A DNA stretch of 58,758 nucleotides, the filler included, from Sphacelaria rigidula (Eukaryota): NCBI GenBank assembly GCA_964200075.2. It is 8 parts of 8 records of this genome, joined end to end, with 100 filler letters (N's around TTAATTAATTAA, not from the genome) between each part and the next. Parts side by side here need not be neighbours in the genome. Positions count along the whole stretch, not along the records: positions 1 to 7,259 come from CAXNAA020015735.1; positions 7,360 to 14,617 come from CAXNAA020015736.1; 6 more parts are not named here. One strand, 5' to 3'. Positions 1-13,300 of this stretch are shown piece after piece. Numbering within the stretch: position 1 is the stretch's first letter; each line of letters starts with the position of its first letter. Under the pieces are notes generated by a model that worked only from the letters and a program-made list of their open reading frames with translations, was not told the DNA's origin and searched no databases. The position numbers and the translations under genes are program-made.

Positions 1-382
1 GCTGAAATAAAGCCTAGGGATTGATCCGTCACGAGGCGGCTCATTATACCAAAACCAAGTAATTTTCAGACGAATCATTGTTTGTCCGACCCTTGAAAGA
101 GTCAACTATCTATCCTTCGCCACGGGCCATGGAATACCCCGAACCCCCACCGCTGACCTTTTTTACTCTTTCGCCTGGGACGCTCGTTCTGTTGTGTGTT
201 CCTAAACGTCCTCTCTCTCATTATAAACGGACGCTGATATACGTAGACCCCGCGGAGGAGGCTGATCCAAAGAGAGGGGCAAGAGCGGAGAAGGGCACTG
301 CTACAGAGGCGCGGGATAGATAACCCCTGAAGACCCTTGACGGCGGCGGGATTGGTTGGAGGGGCGACGGGACGTACGAAGT

Positions 383-460
383 ATGTCGGAGCCAGTTGTC
401 CGACGGAGACCGTCCTTGGCTAGCGAAGATCGATCTTCGGCGGGGAGCTTGGATGATAAC
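383..460 (+). CDS. Possible first coding exon (MSEPVVRRRPSLASEDRSSAGSLDDN), unknown protein
   Basis: ATG at 383, 26 open codons, then a consensus donor AAC|GTAAGT. No downstream exon confidently linked. Confidence 0.3.
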
Positions 461-685
461 GTAAGTTACGTGAGGGTTTTGTAGCTGTGTACACTGCATT
501 TTGAATCGCCCTGACCGAATATATATATATTTTTTCTTGAGAAACACACCGTTTTTTTTTTCCTAGGGTGTATCAGGCACGTCGTGGGAAAAGGGCACCC
601 GCGGCCGGGGTCAGGGACCAGCGATCAGGGGTACGTGGATACTTGTGGGCCGTTCGTAGATGCAGGCTCTTGCGACCTGAAATGG

Positions 686-1464
686 TGAAGCTCGGAAATT
701 ATACCAGTTATACCTAGCCATTATCAATATAATGGTAATAATGGTAACGGTTGTACGATAATTTCGGACAATGGTTTCGAACCATTATCTACCGTTACCA
801 GCTACGTATGCTACATACAGCACGCGTATTTGTTGGCTCTAGTGAGGCGGAATCGCGTAAAAACTTGCCTCCGGCACGGCGACTCCAGCGTGCCCCCTCT
901 GTCGGAGGGGGGGCTTTTCGGCTCGCGGCTTTCGCCGCTCGATGACCAAACCGTTATATATTATTATCATTATTGTTATTGTCATTATTATTACTATGTT
1001 CGTCACGTGAGCTTGATCTCTCGAACCCGTGGTCACAGAGTGCAAGGAGTACACCACTTTCCATACTTACTCATACCCATAAATCAAACAGCCCGCAGAG
1101 GAAGGCAAGAAACAAAACATTTACACGAAAAAAGGGCACCTACACTACGATATATATATATATATATATTTGTCGCACTTTGAACCCCCCCCCCCCCCCC
1201 CCCCCCCCCCCCTTTTCCACCCCCGCCCCTCCCCCACCCCCCCCCTCCCCCTCCCCCCCCCCNNNNNNNNNNGCCACTAACACTACGATAGAGCGTTCTA
1301 GTTCCATTTGTCGCACTTTGAACCCCCCCCCCCCCTCCCCTCTTCGGGACGAGTCTGTGGTCTCAAGGAATCAACCCATCTCTCCCCCGGGTACACGCCT
1401 TGCATTTGGGTCATTGGGTATCGTTCAAGTGGTTAATGGTTGGACAAACCATTTCCGAGCTCTA
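686..1464. mobile_element. Non-autonomous hAT-like element (TIR TAGAGCTCGGAAAT) carrying a SINE 3' fragment
   Basis: tgaagctcggaaat at 686 and atttccgagctcta at 1451-1464. Flanks tgaaatgg/taaaattg match 6/8. An inverted homologue lies at ~21451-21890. Confidence 0.6.
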
Positions 1465-1824
1465 TAAAATTGCGCATTCCTGACGTCGTCAAGCCTGATG
1501 GACATTCTGCCGACCCACACACACACACACACGAGCTCCGCATCGTAAGTACCTTACAACAGGTGTTTTGCCAAGGTAGCCAAGCTTGAGCTCCCGCAAT
1601 GTGCACCAAGGTCAACTGCCGAGTGATTGTACGATACGGGTGCGCTCTCTAGCCCGAAAGTTTATGAGGTTGCACACTATTGCAAGGGTCAGATGTTTGT
1701 CATGGGAAGGCGCCAACAATGCAGAGCCCCAGAAAAAAATTGTGCCCCCTGACCGGAGAACCACTCTACCTCGGCGGTAGTCATCTTTGGCTGGGTCGCC
1801 GTTCGCAGAGGCGGTGGAACCTTC

Positions 1825-2668
1825 AACGGTTCGGACGAATCATCGCCTGTTCGAATCACCAAATTCACGATTTCTTAGTAGGCTCAAGCTTGGCATGCGC
1901 GCATAAGTTTCAGCTTGATTTGCTTTTTTTGGGTTCAAAATAACTTTTTTTACTAGCTTGAGGCGAGTCTCAACATTTATGACAAACTTATAATGTGCTT
2001 GGAACAAGCATGAAGTTCCGATGACGTTTTATGCGCCTCCTCCAGCCATTGATTGCAGTAGCTGTCTGAAAGTGCCTCCTATGGCCTATGGCGTGACTCG
2101 TCACCCGTCACCAGACAGGCTTCAATACTCCAAACGGCCATGCTTGCGGGTCTGATCCGGAAACGTTTCGCTGTAAATATTTTATATACGTGATACTATG
2201 TTGAATTGAAGAATATTGTCAAGATTTTGTACTAGAGTGTCACACGGGGCCCCTCTCCTCGTGCTAGAGGGCCCTCCTCATGAGGGGATACTGCCACAAC
2301 GCCACAACAAGGACGCAAAGTAGGCGCATAAAGTACGCATATTTCCGCTGGAAAATGCTTGAAATGAGGCTTAAAACAAGGTGGCAAAACATATAAAATA
2401 AAATAAAAATGAGCATAATTAAAAAAAAAATGCGCATACGAAGCTAAAGCCTATTTCTTGGGCCTGATTGATCAAAATCGAGAGAAAAAAAGTCGACCGC
2501 TGGTCAAGCAGGTCTCCGCGCAACTCTTGGGTCATTCCGCCTGCCTGGGCTGCGCGTACCTGGGTTGCGACGCTGAAAAGAATGCGTAAGGATTGATCCC
2601 TACCATACTAATTAATTAAACCAAAATCAAATATTTTCCGGACGAATCGTTAATTCGTTCGACCCTTG
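1825..2668. mobile_element. hAT-like non-autonomous element 'F' interrupted by a second hAT element
   Basis: Homologous to 57432-57912 and to 1-95. Ends are aacggttcggacga and tcgttcgacccttg. Flanks gaaccttc/gaatgttc. Confidence 0.65.
1879..2453. mobile_element. 575-bp hAT-like non-autonomous element nested in F
   Basis: TIRs taggctcaagcttggcatgcgc / gcgcatacgaagctaaagccta. 8-bp TSD tttcttag/tttcttgg. The F copy at 57432 lacks this insert. A fragment also occurs at ~44313-44418. Confidence 0.75.
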
Positions 2669-2730
2669 GAATGTTCGAAGGATTTGTGTGCTGGGTAGGG
2701 TAACTACCGGGGTATTTATTCTCCCGAATC

Positions 2731-2986
2731 GAGTGACGCTACGGTAGCGGTGCACAAATATTTTCTGAGGTTAGAAATGTTACGAGCCCTTTATCTCATC
2801 CAAAACACAGCTCATGAAATACTTGAGAGTATGCCAGGATTACTATTTCAATGTGCTAGGGATATCCTGAATGAATTTGCCATCGGGGATGCCCTGACCC
2901 ATACTCTTGTGCATCTAGAATCCTTAGGAGCCCCTGAAGCAGACGAGATTTTGCGCAAAAGGTGCAACCCTACGGCAGCATCGCTC
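2731..2986. mobile_element. 256-bp MITE, GAG...CTC termini, 4-bp TSD (Sola-like)
   Basis: TIR ~GAGTGAYGCTACGGTAGSGGTGCAC. TSD aatc/aatt. Homologues at 45704-45959 and 45972-46229. Confidence 0.75.
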
Positions 2987-3075
2987 AATTATGTCTTGCG
3001 ATAGTCCGATCTCCAAACTCCACCCGATCATTGGGTATAAACAGGTACAATCCCCATAAGTTTTGCTTTTCTTGG

Positions 3076-3145
3076 GTACGTCTATCATGCGACCACGGCT
3101 GGACCCATTGGTGGTCAGTTAAAGTTCGACGATTAATCAGTCAAA
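3076..3145 (+). mobile_element. Retroposon 3' tip family D (...GACCACGGCTGGATCC...AAAGTGCGACAATC(AATC)n)
   Basis: Related copies at ~3860-3940(+), 17833-17903(-), 30851-30910(-), 44850-44926(+) and 55070-55195(+). They share a 3' end with a degenerate AATC tail. Confidence 0.65.
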
Positions 3146-4227
3146 TGAAAAAAAATCTACCAAACATCTGGCTATTAGTGAGTACGATCTCAATACTCTA
3201 CCCGAGTTTAGGGTGCTTGGAATACGAATTTTCAAGAGCCCAAATTTAGAAAATATGCTACCCTACACACCATTAAATCTTCCGGGTCGTGCAAATTAGC
3301 AGAATCAAATACAGCATAACGATTTCCGCCCAGTTACAGTTTTGATCATTGGCAGTAACGAGCCGGGGCTGAGGTGCAAATTTCGCAGGAAAGAGTCTGG
3401 AACAGGTATACCTGATGGTCATGTCGCCACAAAGAGATACATCATCGACTGCCTGGGCCAATCACACGGCGAAGTATATATATTTATATGGAGATATGTA
3501 TAGTTTTTTTGTCAAAAATGTATGGAGGCGAGGTGGGTACTCGTTTTTGGCTCAGTGTCCAGGTGTACCCGATCGTGTCGTTTGCTTCCACAGGAAGCTT
3601 TTTAAATCCATGCAGCGGCACCATTCTCTGTTGAACTGCCGATGATGATTCGAGCGTTTTCCCTTCTCTGACTCGAATGTTTCAACAAATGAGCGCACTG
3701 TTGGAGAAGGTCGAGTCTCTCCTTCCTAGTCATTTTCTTTCTTCTCCTATCCTATTTTATTATTTTTTCCCCGAGTCTACTCTGCTTGTTGTTATTCCTT
3801 CTCTGCGTTCTTCACCTTTTTTTCAGCAAGTTTTTCCGTTTTTTTTTCTTCAATCTCGGGTACGTCTATCATGTAACCACGGCTGGATCCATGGGGTATC
3901 AATAACGGTGCGACGATCAATCTATTAACCAAAATCAATCTTTTGCGCGCGATGTCCGGATGCTAATCTATGGACAAGCGTCGTACCGCAAGATCGTCTA
4001 AATCCGCGACAATGGACGTTGAGTACAGCACCAGTCAAATATTTCAGTCTCCTCCTCTCTCTTCCTGTTATGGTCTCTTCTCTCTTCCCCTGTCCCCCCC
4101 TATCTGCGACTTCCAGATCCCTGTTTCTTGCTTTCCGTCTGCTCCTCTATTTTTCTCGTCTTCTCTTGCCTGTTTGTTTCCCTCTCTCGCTATCTCTCTC
4201 TCTCCCTCCCTCCCTCCCCACCTCTCT

Positions 4228-4296
4228 ATTGCTCCGCCTCGAAAGGGATGCGTAGTTAATGGTCAAACGACCAAGGCAAGCAATTAATGAGTACGC
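4228..4296 (+). mobile_element. 5'-truncated LINE 3' end (family A) in a C-tract
   Basis: ctccgcctcgaaagggatgcg...aatgagtacgccccc. 12-bp TSD ccccacctctct at 4216-4227 and 4312-4323. Confidence 0.8.
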
Positions 4297-4544
4297 CCCC
4301 CTCCCCTTCCCCCCCACCTCTCTCTGCTTCAACTCCTTTCTGATGATCCTCCCTAACCCCTGTCGCCCTCTTTACGCTCCCCATGTGGGACAGGTGCGCT
4401 CTTCCCCGTGGCGCTTGCACCAAGATAAATCGAGGCAACACGCCACCACTTCTGTCTCTTCGTCATCCGGTCTACGTCACCCGGTGCATGTACGTCCGGG
4501 TCACCACCCATTGTGCCGGAGAGTCTACTCATCGTGCGCGACTG

Positions 4545-4722
4545 ACGAAATCTACCCGCAGTACAAAACACCCGCCTGCTCTACCGGGAAATCTACCCGC
4601 AGTGTACTCTATCCATTATACACGAACTACATCCGCTTTACACGGAATCTACCCGCTAGTCTCGGAGTTCGACCCGCTATACCCAGATATCGACCCGCTC
4701 CACCGAAAAATCTACGCCCGTT
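4545..4722 (+). repeat. Degenerate short repeat cluster (AATCTACCCGC / TCGACCCGC, ~6 copies)
   Basis: aaatctacccgcagt at ~4548 and ~4589, with variants at ~4646, 4669, 4690 and 4709. Confidence 0.5.
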
Positions 4723-4843
4723 GAAGCTTGTACGCGTTTGCTCCTCATCTTCTAGTCTTTGATCCCAAACTGCAAGCTCTCCCACGGCATCCCATCGTAC
4801 ATGTTGCCCTGTCGGTCACCCCCCTCATCGTATTGCGTATGGT

Positions 4844-5149
4844 GAGACAGCCATGAGGCAGTTTGTATCCCCGTGGCTGTCTGCGGTAGTGGTGATACCA
4901 GAAAATGAAGCAAGTCATTGGAGTCTGTCATTCATATGCGAGGTGATCAGTACGCTTCGGGCCGAACAATATTGGCAGGATGCAGCTCACCCTTCATACG
5001 ACTCGCCGAACACACCACGGCGCTTTTGCGTTTGGTGATTGATTACGATCCTGGTCCGGCGAAAACCCGGCGAGCGCCGTCTCGGCTAAGTAAGGATGCG
5101 AAGTCAACGGTCTTAAGACCGCGGCTTGCAAGATTATGAGTACACCCCC
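4844..5149 (+). mobile_element. ~310-bp SINE-like element (family B), full length
   Basis: Colinear with 31551-31858(-). Ends gcaagattatgagtacaccccc, and its last ~70 bp align with family A. Confidence 0.7.
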
Positions 5150-5458
5150 TTGCGTTACGTGGTTTTACCGACGACCCACCGCGATTTATGTCCATGTGGC
5201 GCATCAATGGGCAACAATCTAGCAGGTCATTGATGCAGATGCAACACACGCGTCCGTCTCCGTCCTCTGACCTGTTACTCTCGAGACTCTTACCATGATG
5301 TGGTGGTGAACGTTAGGCCGGGGGGTGTACTCATGTTTTGACGCGAACGTCGACTATTTTTCACGTCAGAGCAAGATGTCACTGTAATACTTCTAGACTG
5401 CTATTCTCTTACAGTTATCGAAGAAGACCGTCGTTCAAGACACATGCGCGCGCGCACG

Positions 5459-5461
<3 letters not shown>

Positions 5462-5514
<53 letters not shown>
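5462..5514 (+). repeat. (CA)n microsatellite
   Basis: Direct reading. Confidence 0.95.
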
Positions 5515-5516
<2 letters not shown>

Positions 5517-7068
5517 AAACGGTATACATGATGCTAGCGGTACAACAATTGAAAAAAAACTGTTCCCACACCACAGACCACAGAAGCAAGCAAAATTTGA
5601 ATGGGTGCATGCCCGCCCGCGAGGATAATGATGGTAACCGCGGAAATCTGTGTACCGATAGCGTCGCAATTTTTTGGTTGCCTGTGTACAAGTTTGTTCT
5701 TGTGGATGTCGTCGTGAGGTGCCACTTACAATCAGCTGCTGCAGCTAGCTACACGACGCCAGAGTGAAAGTAAAATTTTGACGAAAGTCAAGTGGGATTG
5801 GGGAGTGCTGATCCATTCCTCGACACAAAAATGTCGCGCAGTTTTTGATGATAAATGATTGATTATCTCACATTAGTTGATTGCAACAATCAAGCCCGTG
5901 ATCAGGAGCAGCAAAAATAGAACAAGACAATAAAAAGAAGAGAAAAAGACAGAAGCAACGGCCTCAGAAAGGAAAGAAAGGGAGCAGTGATGACAACAAC
6001 AACAACGACAAAATAACGACAAAAACATACACAAGCACGAACAGCACAAAAAGATGATGATCGCGCGTTACGTCGCTGATTGCAACACTCCGGCTCGTGA
6101 TCAGAAAAAAAGGAGAAAAATAAAGAAAAACCGGAAAAAAAAAAAGAACAAAACGTAAAGAAAGGAATGCAATGGACAAGAAGACAGAGCCAGGCTCGCG
6201 ACGACAGCGGCGGGTGGGGGGGGGGGAGCGGGGAGCACAGACGAAACAAAAAAACAGACAATAAAAAAAAGAAATCACCAGGAACAAAATATGAGCGAAT
6301 CGGAGATGGGAACCAAACACAATGCTCCACGTATCTGGCGTGGTCTATGATGAGTTGCTGTTGATACTCTCGGTTCCAGGTGCTGTCGGTGCATCTTGAC
6401 CTGCAGCTTTCGCGTGCCGTATCGCTGGTTGTGCGTCATCTTTTTGGCACCAGCCCGCCATAAACCTTATTCATGTATTACTCTAGATCTCATTTACTTG
6501 GTTGTGTGTTGGTCTTATTCGTCTGTGCATCTGTTCATATATCCACATATTTATATATTTCTTTTTGATCCGCCATACTTTCACACCTTCACTCCCCCCG
6601 GACAAGCGTAGTCTGGAGGGAGTACAACCCGCCTCTCCCCCGGTACTATACCTGCCTTACATTTTGGTATATCACAGGTTGGATCATGACTCCCGTCCCG
6701 CGTCCGCGTCGACTCTCACCAAAATTTTGCCCCTCCTCACGTCTCCAGTTTTTTTCAAGACAGATCAGATACTCCTGAGAGAAAAAAACATAAGGGATTG
6801 TATCTGCTGGAAATCGAAGCCCCTACTTATCCCTAACCGATTTCAAAACATAATAGTTACACCACCGGGGCGCGGCGGAATAATGCCGCGAAAGCCCCCC
6901 CCCCCCCCCCCCCGCCCCGCGTAGGGCACGGGAGTCGACAGGGGGGGAGGGCGGGTNNNNNNNNNNAAAACCAACCCCCCACTTATCCCCAACCGATTTA
7001 AAAAAAAAAAAGTTCCCCCCCCGGGGGGCGGGGGAATAAGGCCCCGAAAGCCCCCCCCCCCCCCCCCC

Positions 7069-7200
7069 GTGTATGGAAGAAACGTGTTGAGCGCCGAAAT
7101 GTTGGAGGTGTGTCGATGACGAGTAAGAACGGCGCTCCGTCTCGAAAAGGGATGCATGGTCAATAGTCAAACGACTGAAGCAAGCAATAAATGAGTACAC
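7069..7200 (+). mobile_element. 5'-truncated LINE 3' end (family A) between two poly-C runs
   Basis: gtatggaagaaacgtg...ctccgtctcgaaaagggatgc...aatgagtacaccccc. Confidence 0.8.
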
Positions 7201-7259
7201 CCCCCCCCCCCACCCCCCACCCCCCCCCCCCCCCCACCCCCCCGCCCCGCCCCAGCCGC

Positions 7260-7359
7260 NNNNNNNNNNNNNNNNNNNNNNNNNNNNNNNNNNNNNNNNN
7301 NNNTTAATTAATTAANNNNNNNNNNNNNNNNNNNNNNNNNNNNNNNNNNNNNNNNNNNN
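7260..7359. other. Artificial contig linker N44-TTAATTAATTAA-N44 (also 14618-14717, 21976-22075, 29333-29432, 36690-36789, 44047-44146, 51403-51502)
   Basis: The same 100-nt spacer with stops in all six frames recurs 7 times. The intervening contigs are 7259, 7258, 7258, 7257, 7257, 7257, 7256 and 7256 bp. Confidence 0.98.
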
Positions 7360-10300
7360 ACTCGACCGATGACGACTCGTTTACTGACGACTCGATCGCC
7401 GACGACCCGACCACTGACGGTTCGTTGACAACCAGTTCAACCCCTGACGGCTCGTTGACCGACAACTCCACCACTGAGAACTCGTTTAATGACAACTGAT
7501 TCACCGCCGACTGGACCACTGACGATGCCACCACTGTTGATTCGCTCGCTGGCGAATCCACGATGGACGACCCACTCGCCGTGACTCGACCACTGTGGAC
7601 TCGACCGCAGACGACTCCACGACCAACGACTCGATCACTGACGATTCCACCACTGACGACTCCATCACTGACGACTCCACCACTGACGACTCCACCACTG
7701 ACGACTTCACGACAGGTGAGTTGGTGACAGACGACCTCACCATAGATGCCTTCGTCATGGACCATCCAACAACTCATGACTCAACCAGACATGACCTTCC
7801 GCTACGACTCAAGGGCAGACGGTCTGACTCATCGCGAGTGACTCGACTACCGGACGCTCGTTCACCGACGCATCGACCCCGTTAGACACATCCACTGACT
7901 AGGGCACCACCAAGTTGACAACCAGAATCTCCACCATATACTACTTCATCACACACGGCGGTACTACAAGCGACCTGATCACTTGCTCACAGCACTCTTG
8001 ATCACGGACGAGACAGCCGTGAAGGCGGCGACCAAAGACAGTTCGAACAGATACGGGTCGACAACCGTCGACTCGACCGATGACGACTCGTTTACAGACG
8101 ACTCGATCGCCGACGACTCGACCACTGACGGCTCGTCGACTGACAACTGCACCGTTGACAACTCGTTCAATGACAACTGATTCGCCGACGACTGGACCAC
8201 TGACGATACCACCACTGTTGATTCGTTCGCTGGCGTCTCGACGATGGACGGTCCACTCACCGTGACTCGACCACTGCGAACTCGACCGCAGACGACTCCA
8301 CGACCGATGACTCGATCACTGACGACTCCACCACTGACGACTCGATCACTGACGACTCCACCACTGACGACTCCACCACCGACGACTCTACCACTGACGA
8401 CTCTTCGACGGGTAAGTTGGTGACAGACGACCTTACCATAGATGTCTTCGTCATGGACCATCCAACAACTCACGACTCGACCAGGCATGACATTCTGCTC
8501 AGACTCAAGGGCTAACGGTCTGACTATCCGCGAGCGACTCGACTACCTGACGCTCGTTCACTGACGCATCGACCCCGTCAGACACCTCCACTGACCAGGC
8601 TACCGCCAAGTTCACAACCAGAATCTCCACCATATACTACTTCATCACACACGACGGTACTACAAACGACCTGATCACTTGCTCACAGCACTCTTGATCA
8701 CGGACGAGACAGCCGTGAGGGCGGCGATCAAAGACAGTTTGGACAGAAACGGGTCGACCACCGACGACTCGACCGATGACGACTCGTTTACTGACGACTC
8801 GATCGCCGACGACCCGACCACTGACGGTTCGTTGACAACCAGTTCAACCCCTGACGGCTCGTTGACCGACAACTCCACCACTGAGAACTCGTTTAATGAC
8901 AACTGATTCACCGCCGACTGGACCACTGACGATGCCACCACTGTTGATTCGCTCGCTGGCGACTCGACGATGGACGACCTACTCGCCGTGACTCGACCAC
9001 TGTGGACTCGACCGCAGACGACTCCACGACCAACGACTCGATCACTGACGACTCCACCACTGACGACTCCATCACTGACGACTCCACCACTGACGACTCC
9101 ACCACCGACGACGCCACGACAGGTGAGTTGGTGACAGTCGACCTCACCATAGATGTCTTCGTCATGGACCATCCAACAATCCACGACTCAACCAGACATG
9201 ACGTTCCGCTACGACTCGAGGGCAGACGGTCTGACTCATCGCGAGTGACTCGACTACCGGACGCTCGTTCACCGAGACATCGACCCCGTTAGACACATCC
9301 ACTGACTAGGCCACCACAAAGGTGACAACCAGAGACTCCACCATATACTACTTCATCACACACGACGGTACAACAAGCGACCTGATCACTTGCTCACAGC
9401 ACTCTTGATCACGGACGAGACAGCCGTGAGGGCGGCGACCATAGACAATTTGAACAGAAACAGGTCGACAACCGACGACTCGACCGATGACGACTCGTTT
9501 ACTGACGGCTTGATCGCCGACGACTCGACCACTGACGGCTCGTTGACTAACAGATCGACCTCTGACGGCTCGTTGACTGACAACTGCACGACTGACGACG
9601 TGTTCAATGATGACTCATTTACCGCCGACTGGAGCACTGACGATGCCACCACTGTTGATTCGTTTGCTGACGATTCGACGATGGACGACCCACTCACCGT
9701 GACTCGACCGCTGTGGACTCGATCGCAGACGACCCCACGACCGACGACTTGATCACTGACGACTCCACCACTGACGACTCGATCTCTGACGACTCCACCA
9801 CTGACGACTCCACCACCGATGACACCACCACTGTCGACTCCACGACAGGTGAGTTGGTGACAGACGACCTCACCATAGATGCCTTTGTCATGGACCATCC
9901 AACAACTCACGACTCAAGACTCGACCAAGTATCATTCCGCTACGACTCGAGGGCAGACGGTCTGACTAATCGCGAGAGACTCGACTACCGGACGCTCGTT
10001 CACCGACGCATCGACCCCGTTAGACACCTCTACTGACGAGGCCACCACGAAGTTGACCACCAGAATCTCCACCATATACTACTTCATCACACACGACGGC
10101 ACTATAAGCGACGTGATCACTTGCTCACAGCACTCTTGATCACGGGCGAAACAGCCGTGGAGGCGGCGACCAAAGACAGTTTGTACAATAAACGGATCGA
10201 CCACGGTCGACTCGACCGATGACGACTCGACCACTGACGACTCGATCGCCGACGACTCGACCACTGTCGGCTCGTTGGCAACCAGTTCAACCCCTGACGG

Positions 10301-13300
10301 CTTGTTGACCGACAACTCCACCACTGACAACCCGTTCAATGACAACTGATTCGCCGACGACTGGACCACTGACGATGCCACCACTGTTGATTCGTTTGCT
10401 GGCGTCTCGACAATACACGATCCACGCGCCGTGACTCGACCACTGTGGACTCGACCGCAGACGACTTCACGACCAACGACTCGATCACTGACGACTCCAC
10501 CACTGACGACTTCATCACTGACGACTCCACCACTGACGACTCCACCACTGACGACGCCACGACAGGTGAGTTGGTGACAGACGAACTCACCATAGATGCC
10601 TTCGTCATGGACCATCCAACAACTCACGACTCAACCAGGCATGACGTTCCGCTACGACTCGAGGGCAGACGGTCTGACTAATCGCGAGCCACTCGACCAC
10701 CGGACGCTCGTTCACCGACGCATCGACCCCGTTAGACACATCCACTGACGAGGCGACCGCATAGTTGACAAACAGAATCTCCACCATGTACTACCCCATC
10801 ACACACGATGGTACTACAAACGACCTGATCACTTGCTCACAGCACTCTTGATTACGGGCGAGACAGCCGTGGAGGCGGCGACCACAGAAACTTTGAACAA
10901 AAAAAGGTCGACCACCGACGACTCTACCGATGACGACTCGTTTACTGACGACTCGATCGCCGAAGACTCGACCACTGACGGTTCGTTTACCGACAATTCC
11001 ATCCCGGGCGGCTCGTTGACTGACAATCGCACTACTGACGACTCGTTCAATGACGACTCATTTACCGTCGACTGGACCACTGACGATGCCACCACTGGTG
11101 ATTCGTTCGCTGGCGACTCGACTATGGACGACCCACTCACCGTGACTCGACCAATCCGGACTCGACCGCAGACGACTTCACGACCGACGACTCGATCACT
11201 GACGACTCCACCACAGGCGACTCCACCACCGATACTTCCACCACCGATGACTCCACCACTGACGACTCCACCACAGGTGAGTTGGTGACAGACGACCTCA
11301 CCATAGATGCATTCGTCATGGACCATCCAACAACTCACCACTCGACCGGGCATGTCGTCCCGCAACGACTCAAGGGCAGACGGTCTGACTAATCGCGAGC
11401 GACTCGACTACCGGACGCTCGTTCACCGACATATCGACCCCGGTAGACACCTTCACTGACGAGGGGACCACAAAACGACAACCAGAATCTCCACCATATA
11501 CTACTTCATCACACACGACGGTACTACAAGCGACCTGATCACTTGCTCACAGCACTCTTGATCACGGGCGGGACAGCCGTGAGGGCGGCGACCAAAGACA
11601 ATTTGAACAAAAACAGGTCGACAACAGACGACTCGACCGATGACGACTCGTTCACTGACGGCTCGATCGCCGACAACTCGGCCACTGACGGCTCGTCGAC
11701 CGACAGATCGACCTCTGACGGCTCGTTGACTGACAACTGCACCACTGACGACTTGTTCAATGACGACTTATTCACGACCGACTGAACCACTGACAATGTC
11801 ACCACCTTGATTCGTTTGCTGCCGACTGGACGGTGTGCGACCCACTAACCGTGACTCGACCACTGTGGACTCGACCGCAGACAACTTCACGACCGACGAC
11901 TCGATCACTGACGACTCCACCACTGACGACTCCACCACCGATGACTCCACCACTGACGACGCCACGACAGGTGAGTTGGTGACACACGACCTCACCATAG
12001 ATGCCTTCGTCATGGACCATCCAACAACTCACGACTCAACCAAACATGACATTCCGCTACGACTCAAGGGCAGACGGTCTGACTAACCGCGAGAGACTCG
12101 ACTACCGGACGCTCGTTCACCGACGCATCGACCCCGTTAGACACCTCTACTGACGAGGCCACCACGAAGTTGACAACCAGAATCTCCACCATATACTACT
12201 TCATCACACACGGCGGTACTACAAGCGACCTGATCACTTGCTCACAGCACTCTTGATCACGGTTAGGACAGCCGTCAAGGCGGCGACCAGGGACAGTTTG
12301 GACAGATACGGGTCGACCACCGACGACTCGACCGATGACGCCTCGTTTACAGACGACTCGATCGCCGACGACTCGACCACTGACGGTTCGTCGACTGACA
12401 GTTCAACCTCTGACGGCTCGTTGACTGACAACTGCACCACTGACGACTTGTTCAATAACAACTGATTCACCGCCGACTGGACCACTGACGATGCGACCGC
12501 TGTTGATTCGTTCGCTGGCGTCTCGACGATGGACGACCCATTTGACGTAACTCGACCACTGCGGACTCGACCGCAGACGACCCCACGGCCGACGACTCGA
12601 TCACTGACGACTCGATCACTGACGACTCCACCACCGATGACTCCACCATTGACGACTCCACCACAGGTGAGTTGGTGACAGACGACCTCACCATAGATGC
12701 CTTCGTCATGGGCCATCCAACAACTCACGACTCGACCAGGTATCATTCCGCTACGACTCAAGGGCAGACGGTCTGACTAATCGCGAGCGACTCGACTCCC
12801 AGACGCTCGTTCACCGACTTATCGACCTCGTTAGACAACTCCACTGACGAGGCCACCACAACGTTGACAACCAGAATCTCCACAATATACTACTTCATCA
12901 CACACGACGGTACTACAAACGACCTGATCACTTGCTCACAGCACTCTTGATCACGGGTAAGACAGCCGTAAAGGCGGCGACCAAAGACAATTTGAACATA
13001 TACGGGTCGACAACCGACGACTCGACCGATGAATCCTCGTTCACTGACGACTCGATCGCCGACGACTCGACCACTGATGGTTCGTTGACTGACAGTTCAA
13101 CATCTGACGGCTCGTTGACTGACAACTCCACCATTGACAACCCGTTCAATGACAACTGATTCACCGACGACTGCACCACTGACGATACCACCACTGTTGA
13201 TTCGTTCGCTGACGACTCGACGATACACGACCCACTTGACGTGACTCGACCACTGCGGACTCGACCGCAGACGACTCCACGACCGACGACTCGATCACTG

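Noticed and set aside
247-423. In-frame TGA (328-330) as possible selenocysteine readthrough
   Set aside because: No redox motif or SECIS seen, and other frames explain the region equally well.
6810-7068. Near-duplicate segments either side of 10-N gaps (also ~1170/1308, ~31400/31540, ~56590/56740)
   Set aside because: Probably low-quality overlapping read ends at homopolymers rather than true tandem duplications. The apparent empty/filled LINE site at 6890/7045 is therefore not used as evidence.
7304-7315. TTAATTAATTAA as a biological motif
   Set aside because: It is always centred in N runs and serves as a six-frame stop linker.
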